Shown here: positions 45,168 to 54,847 of the stretch, piece by piece
How positions within the stretch are numbered: the first letter of the stretch is position 1
Layout of the letters: every line of letters starts with the position of its first letter
Source: a virus
Lineage: Duplodnaviria > Caudoviricetes
IMG/VR virus record: IMGVR_UViG_3300049172_000088
Coordinates: 19,686-83,685 of that record
Length of the DNA stretch: 64,000 nucleotides
Strand: one strand, 5' to 3'
Position numbers and translations under genes: made by a program
The notes under the pieces: generated by a model
Seen by the model: the letters and a program-made list of their open reading frames with translations, nothing else
Database searches by the model: none
Told to the model about the DNA's origin: nothing

Positions 45168-45806
45168 CGAGTTCCTCCCGTCGTTCGCCCCACCGGGGGA
45201 GGAATTTGTCGATCGTCAGGTTCTTGCCGCCCATCGCGGCAGCGGTGTGCATCGAGATCAGCCCGGCGAGAACGTCGTCACGGGCAGGCCCGATCGGGCC
45301 GAACACCTGCTCGTAGGCCTGCCACTCCACGAGCTCGCGCGCGGAGATGTCGCGGAGCAGCTCGGCGACCGTGCGGCCGCCGAGAGCGAGCGCTAGTCGA
45401 AAGGCGAAGGCTCGCTCAGGTCGTCGTCGAAATTTCCCGCCGCCTCCTTGACGGCGTCCGGCGTGGTGCCGGACAGGCGGGTCGCCGAGTCGAACAGCTG
45501 CATGAGCATCCAGCTGGGCGACTTCCCGAGCCGCGACAGCTCCCGCACGCTGTCGAAGTACGGGCTGCCGTCCTCGTTGATGGCGCACTTGGCGACGAGC
45601 CGGGTCATGGCCCCGCGCAGGCTGACGCGCTCGCCCTGCTTGCGGGCCTGGAGCGAGTCCTGGTACGCCTCCAGCTCGTTGCCGTCAAGGCCGCGCATGC
45701 GCATCTTGCCGACGGTCTTGCCGTGCGGGTCCACGAGGGTGACTTCCTCGGCGGGCAGCTTCTCGGACGCGGCCCAGAAGTCGTCCTTGGACAGGTACTG
45801 CGACAC
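45121..45806 (-). CDS. Tail assembly chaperone, long form via programmed -1 frameshift
   Basis: Slippery G GGA AAT at 45432-45438; -1 frame encodes LALALGGRTVAEL...EL.EW.AYE..FGPIG. Confidence 0.8.
45393..45806 (-). CDS. Tail assembly chaperone, short form
   Basis: Between major tail and tape measure genes. Confidence 0.85.
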   Translation of the reverse strand: MSQYLSKDDFWAASEKLPAEEVTLVDPHGKTVGKMRMRGLDGNELEAYQDSLQARKQGERVSLRGAMTRLVAKCAINEDGSPYFDSVRELSRLGKSPSWMLMQLFDSATRLSGTTPDAVKEAAGNFDDDLSEPSPFD

Positions 45807-45853
45807 AGTGATCTCCTGTAGTGGGTGGTTGGTGGGTGGTTACGACGTGCTGC

Positions 45854-46342
45854 TCAGGCCGGGATGACGACGTCCTCGGCCGGCTCGCGCGTGATGCTGA
45901 ACTGGAACTGGAGCCGCCCGGCCTCTTCCTCGCCCACGTTCATGAGCTTGGAGACGGTCTTGACGCGGACGGGGTAGATGTCCATGAGCCGCCCGGCGAC
46001 GTCGCCGCCCGGCATGCGGACGACGTATCCGGCGGTGCCGCGCGGCATGAGCTGGCGGGCGTCCTGCCCGTCCTCCGCCGCGTAGATGGTGAACGACGAC
46101 TCCTCGGCGGTGATCTTGCCGGGGATGCTGGACTCGAACCGGGACTCTCCGTCCGGGGTCGCGATCTCCTCGCCGGTGGTGTTCCAGCCCTCGGAGCTGT
46201 TCATCTCCCGGCGCAGCGCCGTACCGGCGTTGATCTCGGCCCTGGTCGGGTTCTCGTAGTCCGCCATGGTCGGAACCCAGAGCCACTCGCTGACCCCTGT
46301 CGGCCAGTAGCGCTCCACGGCGGCGATCGGTGTTGCGGGCAT
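45854..46342 (-). CDS. Major tail tube protein
   Basis: NPTRAEINAG; IPG..TAE; F.ITREP motifs. Confidence 0.85.
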   Translation of the reverse strand: MPATPIAAVERYWPTGVSEWLWVPTMADYENPTRAEINAGTALRREMNSSEGWNTTGEEIATPDGESRFESSIPGKITAEESSFTIYAAEDGQDARQLMPRGTAGYVVRMPGGDVAGRLMDIYPVRVKTVSKLMNVGEEEAGRLQFQFSITREPAEDVVIPA

Positions 46343-46345
46343 CGG

Positions 46346-46585
46346 CTACTCCCCCTTCTTCTCGGAAGCGCGCCGACGTGCGGCGGGCTGGTCGGTGTCC
46401 TCCAACGACGAAGCCCCGGCGTCGGCCGGGGCTTCGGTGGGCTTCGGGGCGGTCGGCGGGTCGGGCGGCGTCTCCTCGCGGACCTGCCAGCCCGCGCGCG
46501 CCAGCTGGCCTACGCCCTGGGCCGGCGCCTTGTAGACCTGGCCGGGCAGGTCTGGGTGGACCATGTCGATGAACTGCGTTCTCAC
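46346..46585 (-). CDS. Small structural-region protein
   Basis: M.HPDLPGQ...GW motif. Confidence 0.6.
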   Translation of the reverse strand: MRTQFIDMVHPDLPGQVYKAPAQGVGQLARAGWQVREETPPDPPTAPKPTEAPADAGASSLEDTDQPAARRRASEKKGE

Positions 46586-46595
46586 GCCCGCCCTC

Positions 46596-47096
46596 CTAGT
46601 TCGTGCCGACGATGACGATCTGGTAGGTCACGGGGGTGCCCGCGCCGGAGTTGGCGACCTTGAGCAGGTCGGTGGTCGGCGTCACCGGGTAGCCCGCGGC
46701 TGCCGGCGTGAACAGCGCCAGGACGCCGCCGGGCTGGACCGCCAGGGTGTGCGTGGCCGCACCGAAGGGGCCGACCCACTGCGTGGCCGCCGCGCCGCCG
46801 ATCACCACGTTGTTCGTGTTCGTCGAAGCGGCCGCGACGATCAAGCCCTTGACCTTCTGCAGCGTGATCGTCGCGCCGAACGCGTCGGTCAGCGTGCCGG
46901 ACAGGTCCAGGTCCTCCGACGCGGACGCGGCCAGCGTCCGCGCGTCGGCCCAGATCCGGTTGGCCTGGTTGAGGCCAGTACCGTCAGCGAAGGAGAACTG
47001 CCGGCCGAACGGCGTCTCCGACGAGCCGGAGCTCAGGTCTTGGGAGTTGGTCAGGGATGCCGCGAACTGCACGAGCGCGCGCACGCTGAGAGCCAT
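46596..47096 (-). CDS. Virion structural protein (beta-rich)
   Basis: Position; Thr/Gly/Ala-rich. Confidence 0.65.
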   Translation of the reverse strand: MALSVRALVQFAASLTNSQDLSSGSSETPFGRQFSFADGTGLNQANRIWADARTLAASASEDLDLSGTLTDAFGATITLQKVKGLIVAAASTNTNNVVIGGAAATQWVGPFGAATHTLAVQPGGVLALFTPAAAGYPVTPTTDLLKVANSGAGTPVTYQIVIVGTN

Positions 47097-47115
47097 GAGC
47101 TGTCCTTTCGATCCA

Positions 47116-47562
47116 TCAGGGCCGGAAGCCCGCGTTGCGCGCGGCCTCGTCCACGACTTGCTTGATCTCGGTGTCGATCCGCTCGAAGTGCGGGCGGGCA
47201 CCGCGCACGAGGAACGGCCTGGCGGGGTGCTGGTACCAGCGGTCCCGATCGCCGAAGAACGGCGCGTAGAAGAAGCCGTCCTGGTCGTTGTTCTCGTACG
47301 GCCGGGCGTGCGGCGCCTTGGCCTTGTTGACCTCGATGGCGATGCCGGGATTCTTCTTCGACAGCCCGATCTTGAGCCGGGTCGCCGACGGGATCCGCGT
47401 CGACCAGGCCGCCTTCGCCCGCACCGACGCCAGCGCCGTGGTGCCGATAGCGCGGATCTTGGGCCGCAGCTCCTGCCGGACTTCCTTCGGGAACTTGTCG
47501 AACTGCCGGCAGAACCAGCGGATCTCCGCCGCGCCCTCGGTGACGACGACCTTCTTCGCCAT
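47116..47562 (-). CDS. HK97 gp10-like tail-completion protein
   Basis: Basic; HPARPFL motif. Confidence 0.7.
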   Translation of the reverse strand: MAKKVVVTEGAAEIRWFCRQFDKFPKEVRQELRPKIRAIGTTALASVRAKAAWSTRIPSATRLKIGLSKKNPGIAIEVNKAKAPHARPYENNDQDGFFYAPFFGDRDRWYQHPARPFLVRGARPHFERIDTEIKQVVDEAARNAGFRP

Positions 47563-48023
47563 CAGAAGCCCCTCGTGAAGGCCTCGACGTGCACGACGAA
47601 CCGCACCACGGCCGTGGCGCCCCGCTCGGTCTGCGCCTGCGCGAACGCCTCGGTCGAGATCCGGGCCGTCATCACGACGCGGCCGAGCGTCTGATCCTGG
47701 GCGATCTCGGCGGCGATCGCGTTGACGAACCCGTAGGCGCGGTCGCGTACGGCCTTCGGGTCGGTCTCGTGGCCACCCCACGAGGCGGCCAGCGACGTGA
47801 TGTCGTACGACTCCCGGTCCGGCGCCCGGCTCCCCTGCTGGACGGCCCGGGTCGAGGTGACCGCTTGCTCGCCCGGCTCGCCCGTGAACCCGATGAGGAT
47901 CACGTCATCCTCGATGTCCTCGGCCGGCTGGCCGTCGAGGACCTGCACTCCCGGGAGCGCCCGGCGGGCGGCGGCCAGGAGGGCGTCCAGGCAGGCCGGG
48001 ACGGTGCTCACGGTCGGCGGCAT
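47562..48023 (-). CDS. Tail terminator-like protein
   Basis: Position; DQTLG.VV. Confidence 0.65.
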   Translation of the reverse strand: MPPTVSTVPACLDALLAAARRALPGVQVLDGQPAEDIEDDVILIGFTGEPGEQAVTSTRAVQQGSRAPDRESYDITSLAASWGGHETDPKAVRDRAYGFVNAIAAEIAQDQTLGRVVMTARISTEAFAQAQTERGATAVVRFVVHVEAFTRGF

Positions 48024-48095
48024 CAGCTACGTCCTCCCAGGTGAATGGAGGTCAGGTTCAACCTGACCCTGAAATCGCGAACGCGGCGGCCCGGA

Positions 48096-48917
48096 TCAGC
48101 CGACAAGGATCTCCTCGCGCGGCCGCTTGTCGAGGCCCAGGAGCTGGCGCACGTTGTACGGCAGTGCGTACGTCACGCCCGGCACGATCGTCTCGTCGAC
48201 GCCCAGGCTCGGCCGGCCGCCGGAGGTGTTGTGCTGCGAGGTCCGCCACAGGTGGCCCGTCAGCTCCAGGCCGGCGAGTCGGAAGTTGCCGGGCAGCGGG
48301 CTGCGGCCCGCGCGGACGGTGGCCCGCACCCGGCCGTAGGAGCGCGACAGCGTGAGCACTCCGGCGCCAGCGTCCAGCGTCCAGCCGTGGACCCCGTTGA
48401 GCGGGTCGGCCTCCGGGACTTCCTCGCCGCCCGGGAGCCGGACGACGCTGATCACGGAGATGACCGGCCGTTCCAGGATCACCGTGCGGCCGCACCCATC
48501 GAAGGTGAGCGTGATCGGGGTGACGTGCCCCATCCGGTCCTCGACCATCGCGCAGGAGGCGGCGATGAACCCGCGCAGCTTCTCGTCGTCGGCGGTGCTG
48601 GTCTTCTTCAGGTGGTTGCGGGCGTCGGCGAGGCTGATGAACGGCATGCCCTCGGCGGGCTCGACGTTGATCACGTCGGTGAAGGCGCAGGCGTTGGCGC
48701 CGGTGGCCAGCCACCGCACCCTGTGCACGCCCGCCTGGACGGTCTCGTAGTTGTAGTCGTAGACGCCGGCCTCGGTCGGCGTGACCGGGTTCTGCACGAC
48801 GGTCGTGCCGTCCGGCAGCGTGATCGTCAGGGCGACGTTCCCGGCGTTGGCCAGGTTGCCGTCCTCATCGGTGATCGTGACAGTCAACGGAACCGGATCG
48901 CCGAGATCGAAACTCAC
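48096..48917 (-). CDS. Head-to-tail adaptor with N-terminal Ig-like extension
   Basis: FISLADARNHL...DDEKL..FI.A. Confidence 0.8.
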   Translation of the reverse strand: MSFDLGDPVPLTVTITDEDGNLANAGNVALTITLPDGTTVVQNPVTPTEAGVYDYNYETVQAGVHRVRWLATGANACAFTDVINVEPAEGMPFISLADARNHLKKTSTADDEKLRGFIAASCAMVEDRMGHVTPITLTFDGCGRTVILERPVISVISVVRLPGGEEVPEADPLNGVHGWTLDAGAGVLTLSRSYGRVRATVRAGRSPLPGNFRLAGLELTGHLWRTSQHNTSGGRPSLGVDETIVPGVTYALPYNVRQLLGLDKRPREEILVG

Positions 48918-50137
48918 CTGGTGCCTCCCGCCATCGCCGCCACCCGTCGCTGACCGCCCGCCATCTCCGGACCTCGCCGCGCCCGCGGCCGCATCCCGCC
49001 CACGCTCACCGGCACGCCCGGGCCCGCCGCGTCCACCGCGGCCGCCGACGCCACCGCGACCCCGGCCGTCACCGCCACCACGAGGCTGGCGTCCAGAGCC
49101 GAACCCGTCGCTGGGGCGACCTCGGCCAGCGCCGACTCTTCAATCGCCGTCGAGACGGTCGCGTCCAGGGCCGCCGCGGACCCCGACGCCAACCCGGCCT
49201 GCGCCGACACCGACACTGCCGCGTCCACGCCAGCGGCCGCGGCCACCGCGGCGCCCGCGGCTGGGCCGACCAGCGCGGCCGCGTCGTGCGCGTCTGCCTG
49301 GACCTCGATCGGAGCGTCTGCGATCAGCTCAACGGAGACGTGCGTCCCCGCTTCGAACAGCGCCTCGGCCAGTGCGGTCGCGGCTCCCGCGCCCGGGGCC
49401 ACCGAAGCGGTCGCATCCACCGCCGCCGCGGTGGCGGCCGCCTCGACCGCGTGTGCCTCCACCACGCCGCCGCCGGCCGCCGACCGGATCGCGATCGACA
49501 CCGCGGCCCACTGCACGCTGGACGCCGCGGTGAAGGTCCTCGTGCCGGTCGCGCCGGCCGCGGCCAGCTGCTCGGTCGCGCCCACACCGCTGAGCCCGCC
49601 GACGTGGATCTCGTACTGCTCGGCCATGCCGCCCGGCGAGGTGTACGACGCCGTGCTGGCGCCGCCGCCGCTGTTGACGTGGCAGATCAGCAGCGCGTCC
49701 GACGTGGACGGAGACACCGATGGCGCCGGCTGAGGAGTCGCCGACGATCCGAACGTGCCTGCCGCGTCGTCCACAGGGTTCGCCGCGTCCGCGTCGGCCA
49801 GCACGAACACAACAATGGCCTTCTCCTCGTCGCCTGGCGCAGCCTCGGTCACCGAGACCGTCTGCGCCCCCGACGTGGCCACCGTGGCGGTGTAGGAGCG
49901 GATGTGGGCGCCGGTGTCGCCGGAGTCGGCCGACCCGTTGGGTACGGGGCTGAGCTCGGGAGAGCCGGGAGACACTGCCGGGGTGCCCATGTTGGCGAAC
50001 GCGTAGAAGTCGTTGCAGTGGATCACCAGCAGCGTGTCGCCGGCCTGGGCGACGTCGCCCTCGCTCGGTGTGGTCGCAGCCACCGTGGGCGACGACCCGT
50101 TGTTGGTGCCGACCGTCACCGAGCGGATCGTGGTCAT
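48914..50137 (-). CDS. Ala/Ser/Thr-rich virion protein
   Basis: GD.LLVIH beta-domain then Ala-rich repeats. Confidence 0.65.
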   Translation of the reverse strand: MTTIRSVTVGTNNGSSPTVAATTPSEGDVAQAGDTLLVIHCNDFYAFANMGTPAVSPGSPELSPVPNGSADSGDTGAHIRSYTATVATSGAQTVSVTEAAPGDEEKAIVVFVLADADAANPVDDAAGTFGSSATPQPAPSVSPSTSDALLICHVNSGGGASTASYTSPGGMAEQYEIHVGGLSGVGATEQLAAAGATGTRTFTAASSVQWAAVSIAIRSAAGGGVVEAHAVEAAATAAAVDATASVAPGAGAATALAEALFEAGTHVSVELIADAPIEVQADAHDAAALVGPAAGAAVAAAAGVDAAVSVSAQAGLASGSAAALDATVSTAIEESALAEVAPATGSALDASLVVAVTAGVAVASAAAVDAAGPGVPVSVGGMRPRARRGPEMAGGQRRVAAMAGGTR

Positions 50138-50145
50138 GGCACCTC

Positions 50146-51027
50146 CTACGGGGGCGGGACCGGGGTGCCGCCGTCGTCCCGGTTGTTCGACCAGCTGGCA
50201 ATGCTGCTGGGCTCGGTCACGGCCACCAGTCCGAACTCACCCGAACTCAGCTCGCCCAGGTCGTTGTCGACAACCACGGCACCGGTGACCCGGTAGCCGA
50301 TCCGCAGGTGGTACAGGCCGGAGGAGAAGAAGCAATTGCGGATCGTCGGCGTGATGATCGGGCCGCTGTTGGTCGCGAACCCGCACGTCAGCGAGGAGTT
50401 CGGCGGCGTGCCGCCAGCGGAGAACGCCGGGCCCACCCAGCAGTGCTCGACCGTGATCGCGCCGCCCGCCCCCGAGAACACCTGGATCGGGTCGAGGTGC
50501 TGCTCCTCATCCACGAACGCCAGGCCATGGATGCAGCACTGGCTCACCAGCGAGCCGCCACCGGCCACCACGTGAATGCCGTCTCCCGAACCGGACACGT
50601 CGCACCGGCGCGCGATCAGCGCGCTGTCCGAAGAGATCCCGTTGGTCTGCACGTCCCCGGCCATGGCCGGAGGCGACCGCCGCACGGTCACATCCTCGAC
50701 CGTCAGCGTGCCCTTGCCGGAGCCGTTCAGGGTAATCCCGAACGTGCTCCCCGGGCCGCACTCCACGACGCCCTGCCGCAGCGTCGGGTTGGCCCCGTAG
50801 GACACCACCTCGGCGTTGATCCGGAACCGCTGCAGCATGAACCCGTCGGCGTTGATCCGGAACGCCCCGGCGTCCCAAACCGCGCCCGACGGCAGCGGGT
50901 CACCGACGTTGTAGACGGTCAGGTCGTCCTCGCGACCCAGGTAGCCGACCAGGCCGGGCCCGGCACGCAGGCCTGCGGCGAGCGTCTGCCGGTTGAACCG
51001 GCGGACGTAGGAGATCTCGACGGGCAT
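50146..51027 (-). CDS. Right-handed beta-helix (pectin-lyase-like) protein
   Basis: Repeated R.C.V.G..DG, CCIH, H.D.IQ, I.NC.F, DN motifs. Confidence 0.65.
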   Translation of the reverse strand: MPVEISYVRRFNRQTLAAGLRAGPGLVGYLGREDDLTVYNVGDPLPSGAVWDAGAFRINADGFMLQRFRINAEVVSYGANPTLRQGVVECGPGSTFGITLNGSGKGTLTVEDVTVRRSPPAMAGDVQTNGISSDSALIARRCDVSGSGDGIHVVAGGGSLVSQCCIHGLAFVDEEQHLDPIQVFSGAGGAITVEHCWVGPAFSAGGTPPNSSLTCGFATNSGPIITPTIRNCFFSSGLYHLRIGYRVTGAVVVDNDLGELSSGEFGLVAVTEPSSIASWSNNRDDGGTPVPPP

Positions 51028-51501
51028 CTACAGCGTGACGCGCCAGATGCCGTTGACCGCCCAGACCACGCGGAACGTGCCGCCCGCGATGCCGTTCTGG
51101 CCGCCCAGGTAGTTGTAGCAGATCCCCTGGTCGGCGACCGGCGTCGTGAGTGATCCGTCGTACACGTACACGCCGTACACGTTCGCCAGCTCCGCTGCCG
51201 CACCCGACTCGACGTCCGCCGCGTCGAAGAACACCACCCCGGGCGAGCCGGAGTTGATCGTCGGCGACGTCAAGGCAAGGCCGCCCGCGTCCCACTGGCC
51301 TGCGTCGGACACCTCGTTGGCGTTCGCCCACTGGCCTGCGTTGTAGGCCGACAGCGCCGCCGTCACGTTCCGGTCCGGCGTGATGGCGTTGTTGAACAGC
51401 GCGGCCATGATGGTGTCGGTGCCGTCGAGGTCGAACGCTGCGGTGTTCATGGCCATGTCCGCCACCAGCGGGCGGAAGATCCGGCTCTCAGTCCATGACA
51501 T
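51028..51501 (-). CDS. Virion structural protein
   Basis: DAADV...Y.Y....GG.F.V.W..NGI. Confidence 0.65.
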   Translation of the reverse strand: MSWTESRIFRPLVADMAMNTAAFDLDGTDTIMAALFNNAITPDRNVTAALSAYNAGQWANANEVSDAGQWDAGGLALTSPTINSGSPGVVFFDAADVESGAAAELANVYGVYVYDGSLTTPVADQGICYNYLGGQNGIAGGTFRVVWAVNGIWRVTL

Positions 51502-51793
51502 GGGCCGCCCCCTCAGCAGTCGCCGTCCCCGCTCTGGCCGACACCACGTGGCCGGCCACCGGACCTGATTCCAGCCCGGCTGCGACGAGCTCCCGCTCGG
51601 CCGCCTCCGCGCGGCCCTCAGCCTCTGACGCCTGCTGCCGAGCCCGGTCCAACGCCGCCTCCGCCGCCACGCGCGCCTGGCGGGCCCGTTCGGCCTTGAT
51701 CTCGGCGCGGCCCACCGCCTCAGCGGCCACCGACGCCACCCGGCGCTGATGCTCCGCTGCGGCCCGCAACCGCTTGGCCGCCTTCTCATCCAC
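51488..51793 (-). CDS. Coiled-coil hypothetical
   Basis: Ala/Glu/Arg-rich; GTG start inferred. Confidence 0.5.
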   Translation of the reverse strand: MDEKAAKRLRAAAEHQRRVASVAAEAVGRAEIKAERARQARVAAEAALDRARQQASEAEGRAEAAERELVAAGLESGPVAGHVVSARAGTATAEGAAHVMD

Positions 51794-52097
51794 AGGGGAC
51801 CTCCTCACCCGACGCCACGGCGGTCGGCGCATACACCGTGCAGTCCTCACCGTCATCCCGCAGCGTCCTCACTGCCATCACCGGCCTTCCGTTGCCGTCG
51901 GTCTGCACCAGCTCGCGGCCCACGTAGTCCTCCCGCTCAACCGCGCGCAGCTCCGCAGCGACGCCGACCGGCGTGAGCGGAACCATCAGCCCCGCCATGC
52001 CCCGGCACGGGTGCATCGGCGTCGAACCATCCCGGGTGATCGCCGCCGACGGGCAGAGGGTGCAGTGCCAGCGACGTTCGAGCAGCACCCCACTCAT
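51786..52097 (-). CDS. Conserved hypothetical (C..C...H.C)
   Basis: VEREDYVG.E.VQTD..GRPVMAV.T.RDDG.DC.VYAP. Confidence 0.65.
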   Translation of the reverse strand: MSGVLLERRWHCTLCPSAAITRDGSTPMHPCRGMAGLMVPLTPVGVAAELRAVEREDYVGRELVQTDGNGRPVMAVRTLRDDGEDCTVYAPTAVASGEEVPCG

Positions 52098-52393
52098 GTG
52101 ATCAGCACCTCGCCCGCATGCATCACCAGTTCCTCTGGCGAGCTCGTTACGCGCACCCACATCTGCCAGGTGCCGTTTGTGAGCTCGAAGTCCGTGCCCG
52201 GCCCGATCAGGGCCCGCGCCCACGCGCCGGTCGCCGTGGCGCTCCCCCATGAACCCGCGTGCCAGTCGCCCCCAGACGGCTCCACAGCCTGGACGAACGC
52301 GAACTCCACTGTCCCGGTACCGGCCGCACCCTTGATATGGGAGTAGACGTACGGCTTACTCAGTGAGGAGATCGAGAGCGGCTCCACGTTCAC
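52094..52393 (-). CDS. Ig-like virion protein
   Basis: ALIGPG...L..GTWQMWVRV. Confidence 0.6.
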   Translation of the reverse strand: MNVEPLSISSLSKPYVYSHIKGAAGTGTVEFAFVQAVEPSGGDWHAGSWGSATATGAWARALIGPGTDFELTNGTWQMWVRVTSSPEELVMHAGEVLIT

Positions 52394-53055
52394 ACCTCCT
52401 CCAGGACGGGCGGGCCTGCCGAGTAGCGGCTCGATGGCGCGGTCGCCGCCCATTCGATAGAAGGGCTGGCCGCGGCCCATGGACTGAACGGGGCGCCAGC
52501 TTCCCAACGCACCTCAGGCGGTCCCGCAAGCCAACCGCTGTAGGGCTCACCCGCGCCCGCGATCTCTCGGGTGACCTCGACCGTCAGCGAGTCGGTACCG
52601 GCCGCTCCATCTCCGAACGCCTTGAGCAGCAGCAGACTGCCCGACACGGCGTCGAGCGCTGAACCGACATCAGTCAGCGTCGCGGCCACCGATATGGCCA
52701 GCGCTTCTTGTGCCGCGGCGGCCTGCGTCAGCGACACGGCCGCCGCCGCGGTGAGGCCATCCGCCGCCGTTGCGCTGTCGCCTATCGGCGTGGGCGTGCC
52801 CAGCGCTACCGCGTCCTCGGTCGCGCCCGCCTCCGCGAGGAGCGCGGTGGCGGACAACGCAACCGAATCGGTAGCGGCACCGGCGTCGGCGAGAGCTACC
52901 AGCCGGACGGGCGCGATCGCGTCGGCCCCGCTCGCTGGTTGGGCGAGAGTGATCGTGGCGGCCGCGTTGAGCTGCTGCTGTGAGGCGGCTGCGTCCGCCA
53001 GATCGATGACTGTGGTCGAATTCCGCGGGATGGTGCGGTCGCGGTAGCGGCTCAT
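52390..53055 (-). CDS. Ala-rich repeat virion protein
   Basis: Repeated AD.G.A.D.. units. Confidence 0.6.
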   Translation of the reverse strand: MSRYRDRTIPRNSTTVIDLADAAASQQQLNAAATITLAQPASGADAIAPVRLVALADAGAATDSVALSATALLAEAGATEDAVALGTPTPIGDSATAADGLTAAAAVSLTQAAAAQEALAISVAATLTDVGSALDAVSGSLLLLKAFGDGAAGTDSLTVEVTREIAGAGEPYSGWLAGPPEVRWEAGAPFSPWAAASPSIEWAATAPSSRYSAGPPVLEEV

Positions 53056-53056
53056 G

Positions 53057-53401
53057 TCAGCCGTCGGGGGTGGTGATCGCCCAAGGGAAGGAGCGGCCGG
53101 TGCCTGCGGTCTGCTTGAGGGTGACGGTGGCGGTCTGGGGCACCGGGACCGGCAGGCTGATCTTGATGGGGATGTCCTGGGCGCCGACGAACGTGGCCAT
53201 ATAGACGATCCGTTCGGTGCCGCCGTTGAGCACGTTCGCCTTAATCCGCAGTTCGAGCTCGTCGGCGGTGCCGGAGCCGTGGGTCATGGCGTTGCAGTCG
53301 ACGTGGAGCGTGTACGTCTTCCCTGCTGTGAGGGTGGTGAGGGTGTGCTCAACACCGACGCTGGCGGCCTGAGTGCCGGACGCGGTGACCGTCAACGCCA
53401 T
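53057..53401 (-). CDS. Small beta-sandwich virion protein
   Basis: Thr/Val-rich. Confidence 0.6.
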   Translation of the reverse strand: MALTVTASGTQAASVGVEHTLTTLTAGKTYTLHVDCNAMTHGSGTADELELRIKANVLNGGTERIVYMATFVGAQDIPIKISLPVPVPQTATVTLKQTAGTGRSFPWAITTPDG

Positions 53402-53413
53402 CCTGCCGCCTCC

Positions 53414-54214
53414 TCAGAAGGTGAACCCGTAGAGGCCGACTCCGATCGGCGTGGTCAGGGTGTTGCTCTTGGACGAGCACCGCGCGGCGAGGCGCACCCC
53501 GGCGGGGATCGACAGCGACAGCGGATAGAACTCCGGCGTATACGGCCACGCAAGCTCTGCGCTGTCGATCATCACGGAGTGGTCCGGGATGATGACCGTC
53601 TCCGACCCGCTTCCGCCCACCCCGATATCGATCCTGTAGTCGATCACCGACTGATTGTTCGTGGTGCCCTGCGTGAGGACCATGAGCGCGTGGATCGGCG
53701 ACGTGGTCGAGGCGGTGAGCTGAGCCCAGGAGCCCTTGACGTTCGCCGTGCCCGACGGGGTGACATCGACGCCTCCGGTCGAAAAGGCGGTCGGCCCGTA
53801 GGGGGTGATCCGGCCGGGGACGGACAGGCCCGAGTCAGGCTCCGCCAGGTACGCCCCGATCTGGACTGTGGTGGTCTGGCTGCTCGACTGGCAGGACACG
53901 CGACCTCGGAGGGTAGCGCCTGCCGGGATGTGAAGGGGGAACGCTGTGCCGCGCCAACCCCGATATCCGATCATGAGGTTGGGGGCGACGATCGTCTCCG
54001 ACCCGGATTCTCCTACCGCCAGGTCAAGCAGGAAGCCGTGGAAGCCGGCGAAAAGGTTGTGCGGCGTGCCGACGCAGACCCAGGCTGCGGGAGCGGAGAG
54101 GCCGGAGAGGAGAGTGCTCCAGGCGCCCTTGCTGTTGGTGGCGGCCGCCGATGTGAGTGTGACGGCAGACCCGGTCACGATCTTCGTGGGGAAGGGCGGG
54201 ATGGGCCACTGCAT
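53414..54214 (-). CDS. Two-repeat beta-rich virion protein
   Basis: Internal duplication KG.W..L...D..VG.SGSET. Confidence 0.65.
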   Translation of the reverse strand: MQWPIPPFPTKIVTGSAVTLTSAAATNSKGAWSTLLSGLSAPAAWVCVGTPHNLFAGFHGFLLDLAVGESGSETIVAPNLMIGYRGWRGTAFPLHIPAGATLRGRVSCQSSSQTTTVQIGAYLAEPDSGLSVPGRITPYGPTAFSTGGVDVTPSGTANVKGSWAQLTASTTSPIHALMVLTQGTTNNQSVIDYRIDIGVGGSGSETVIIPDHSVMIDSAELAWPYTPEFYPLSLSIPAGVRLAARCSSKSNTLTTPIGVGLYGFTF

Positions 54215-54220
54215 GATCGT

Positions 54221-54838
54221 CTACGTGAAGCTCAGGGCGGCCGTTGCGGTCCACGTCTGCCCAGCGACCTTGGTCCCCTGGTTCGACACGGCGGCGTTCA
54301 GCAGCGGAGCAACCTCGGTCGTACCGTCCGCCGTCCCCTGGTCGATGCCGAACTTCTGCCAGGCGAAATTGCCCTGCGAGCTGCCGAACGTCGCCGTGAA
54401 CGTCAGCGTCGTCGTGGGCGGCCCCGCACCCGGCGCGATCACGCCCACTCCTGAGACGAGCTTGAAGTACTTGTTCGTCGACCCGGTCAGCGTGGTGTCG
54501 GCGGTCGTCACCGCCGTGACGCCGTCACCGACCCCGATCCGGGTGTGCGTCGCGTCGAACGCCTGCGTCGAACCAGTGCCGATCACCAGGTTGAGGACCC
54601 GCGTCCACCCCGCGGACAAGATCGCGTTGCCCAGATGCTCGGTCACCTCGTACGGTCGCACGCCGAGCTGGTGGAAGTCGGCCGCCACCGGATCGAACCC
54701 GATCCGCCGCGCCGCCCACGCTGTCTGCTCGACATCCCACCGTTCGACAAGCCAGTGCGTGGTGCCGCGAACGATGTCGCCCACCGTCGAGGCCACGCCC
54801 ACGCCGACGCCGTCACCGGCCATCGCGAAGTCGCTCAC
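54221..54838 (-). CDS. Virion structural protein
   Basis: IGVGDG.TA; ATF....NFAWQ.FG. Confidence 0.65.
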   Translation of the reverse strand: MSDFAMAGDGVGVGVASTVGDIVRGTTHWLVERWDVEQTAWAARRIGFDPVAADFHQLGVRPYEVTEHLGNAILSAGWTRVLNLVIGTGSTQAFDATHTRIGVGDGVTAVTTADTTLTGSTNKYFKLVSGVGVIAPGAGPPTTTLTFTATFGSSQGNFAWQKFGIDQGTADGTTEVAPLLNAAVSNQGTKVAGQTWTATAALSFT

Positions 54839-54847
54839 CAGTCCCCC

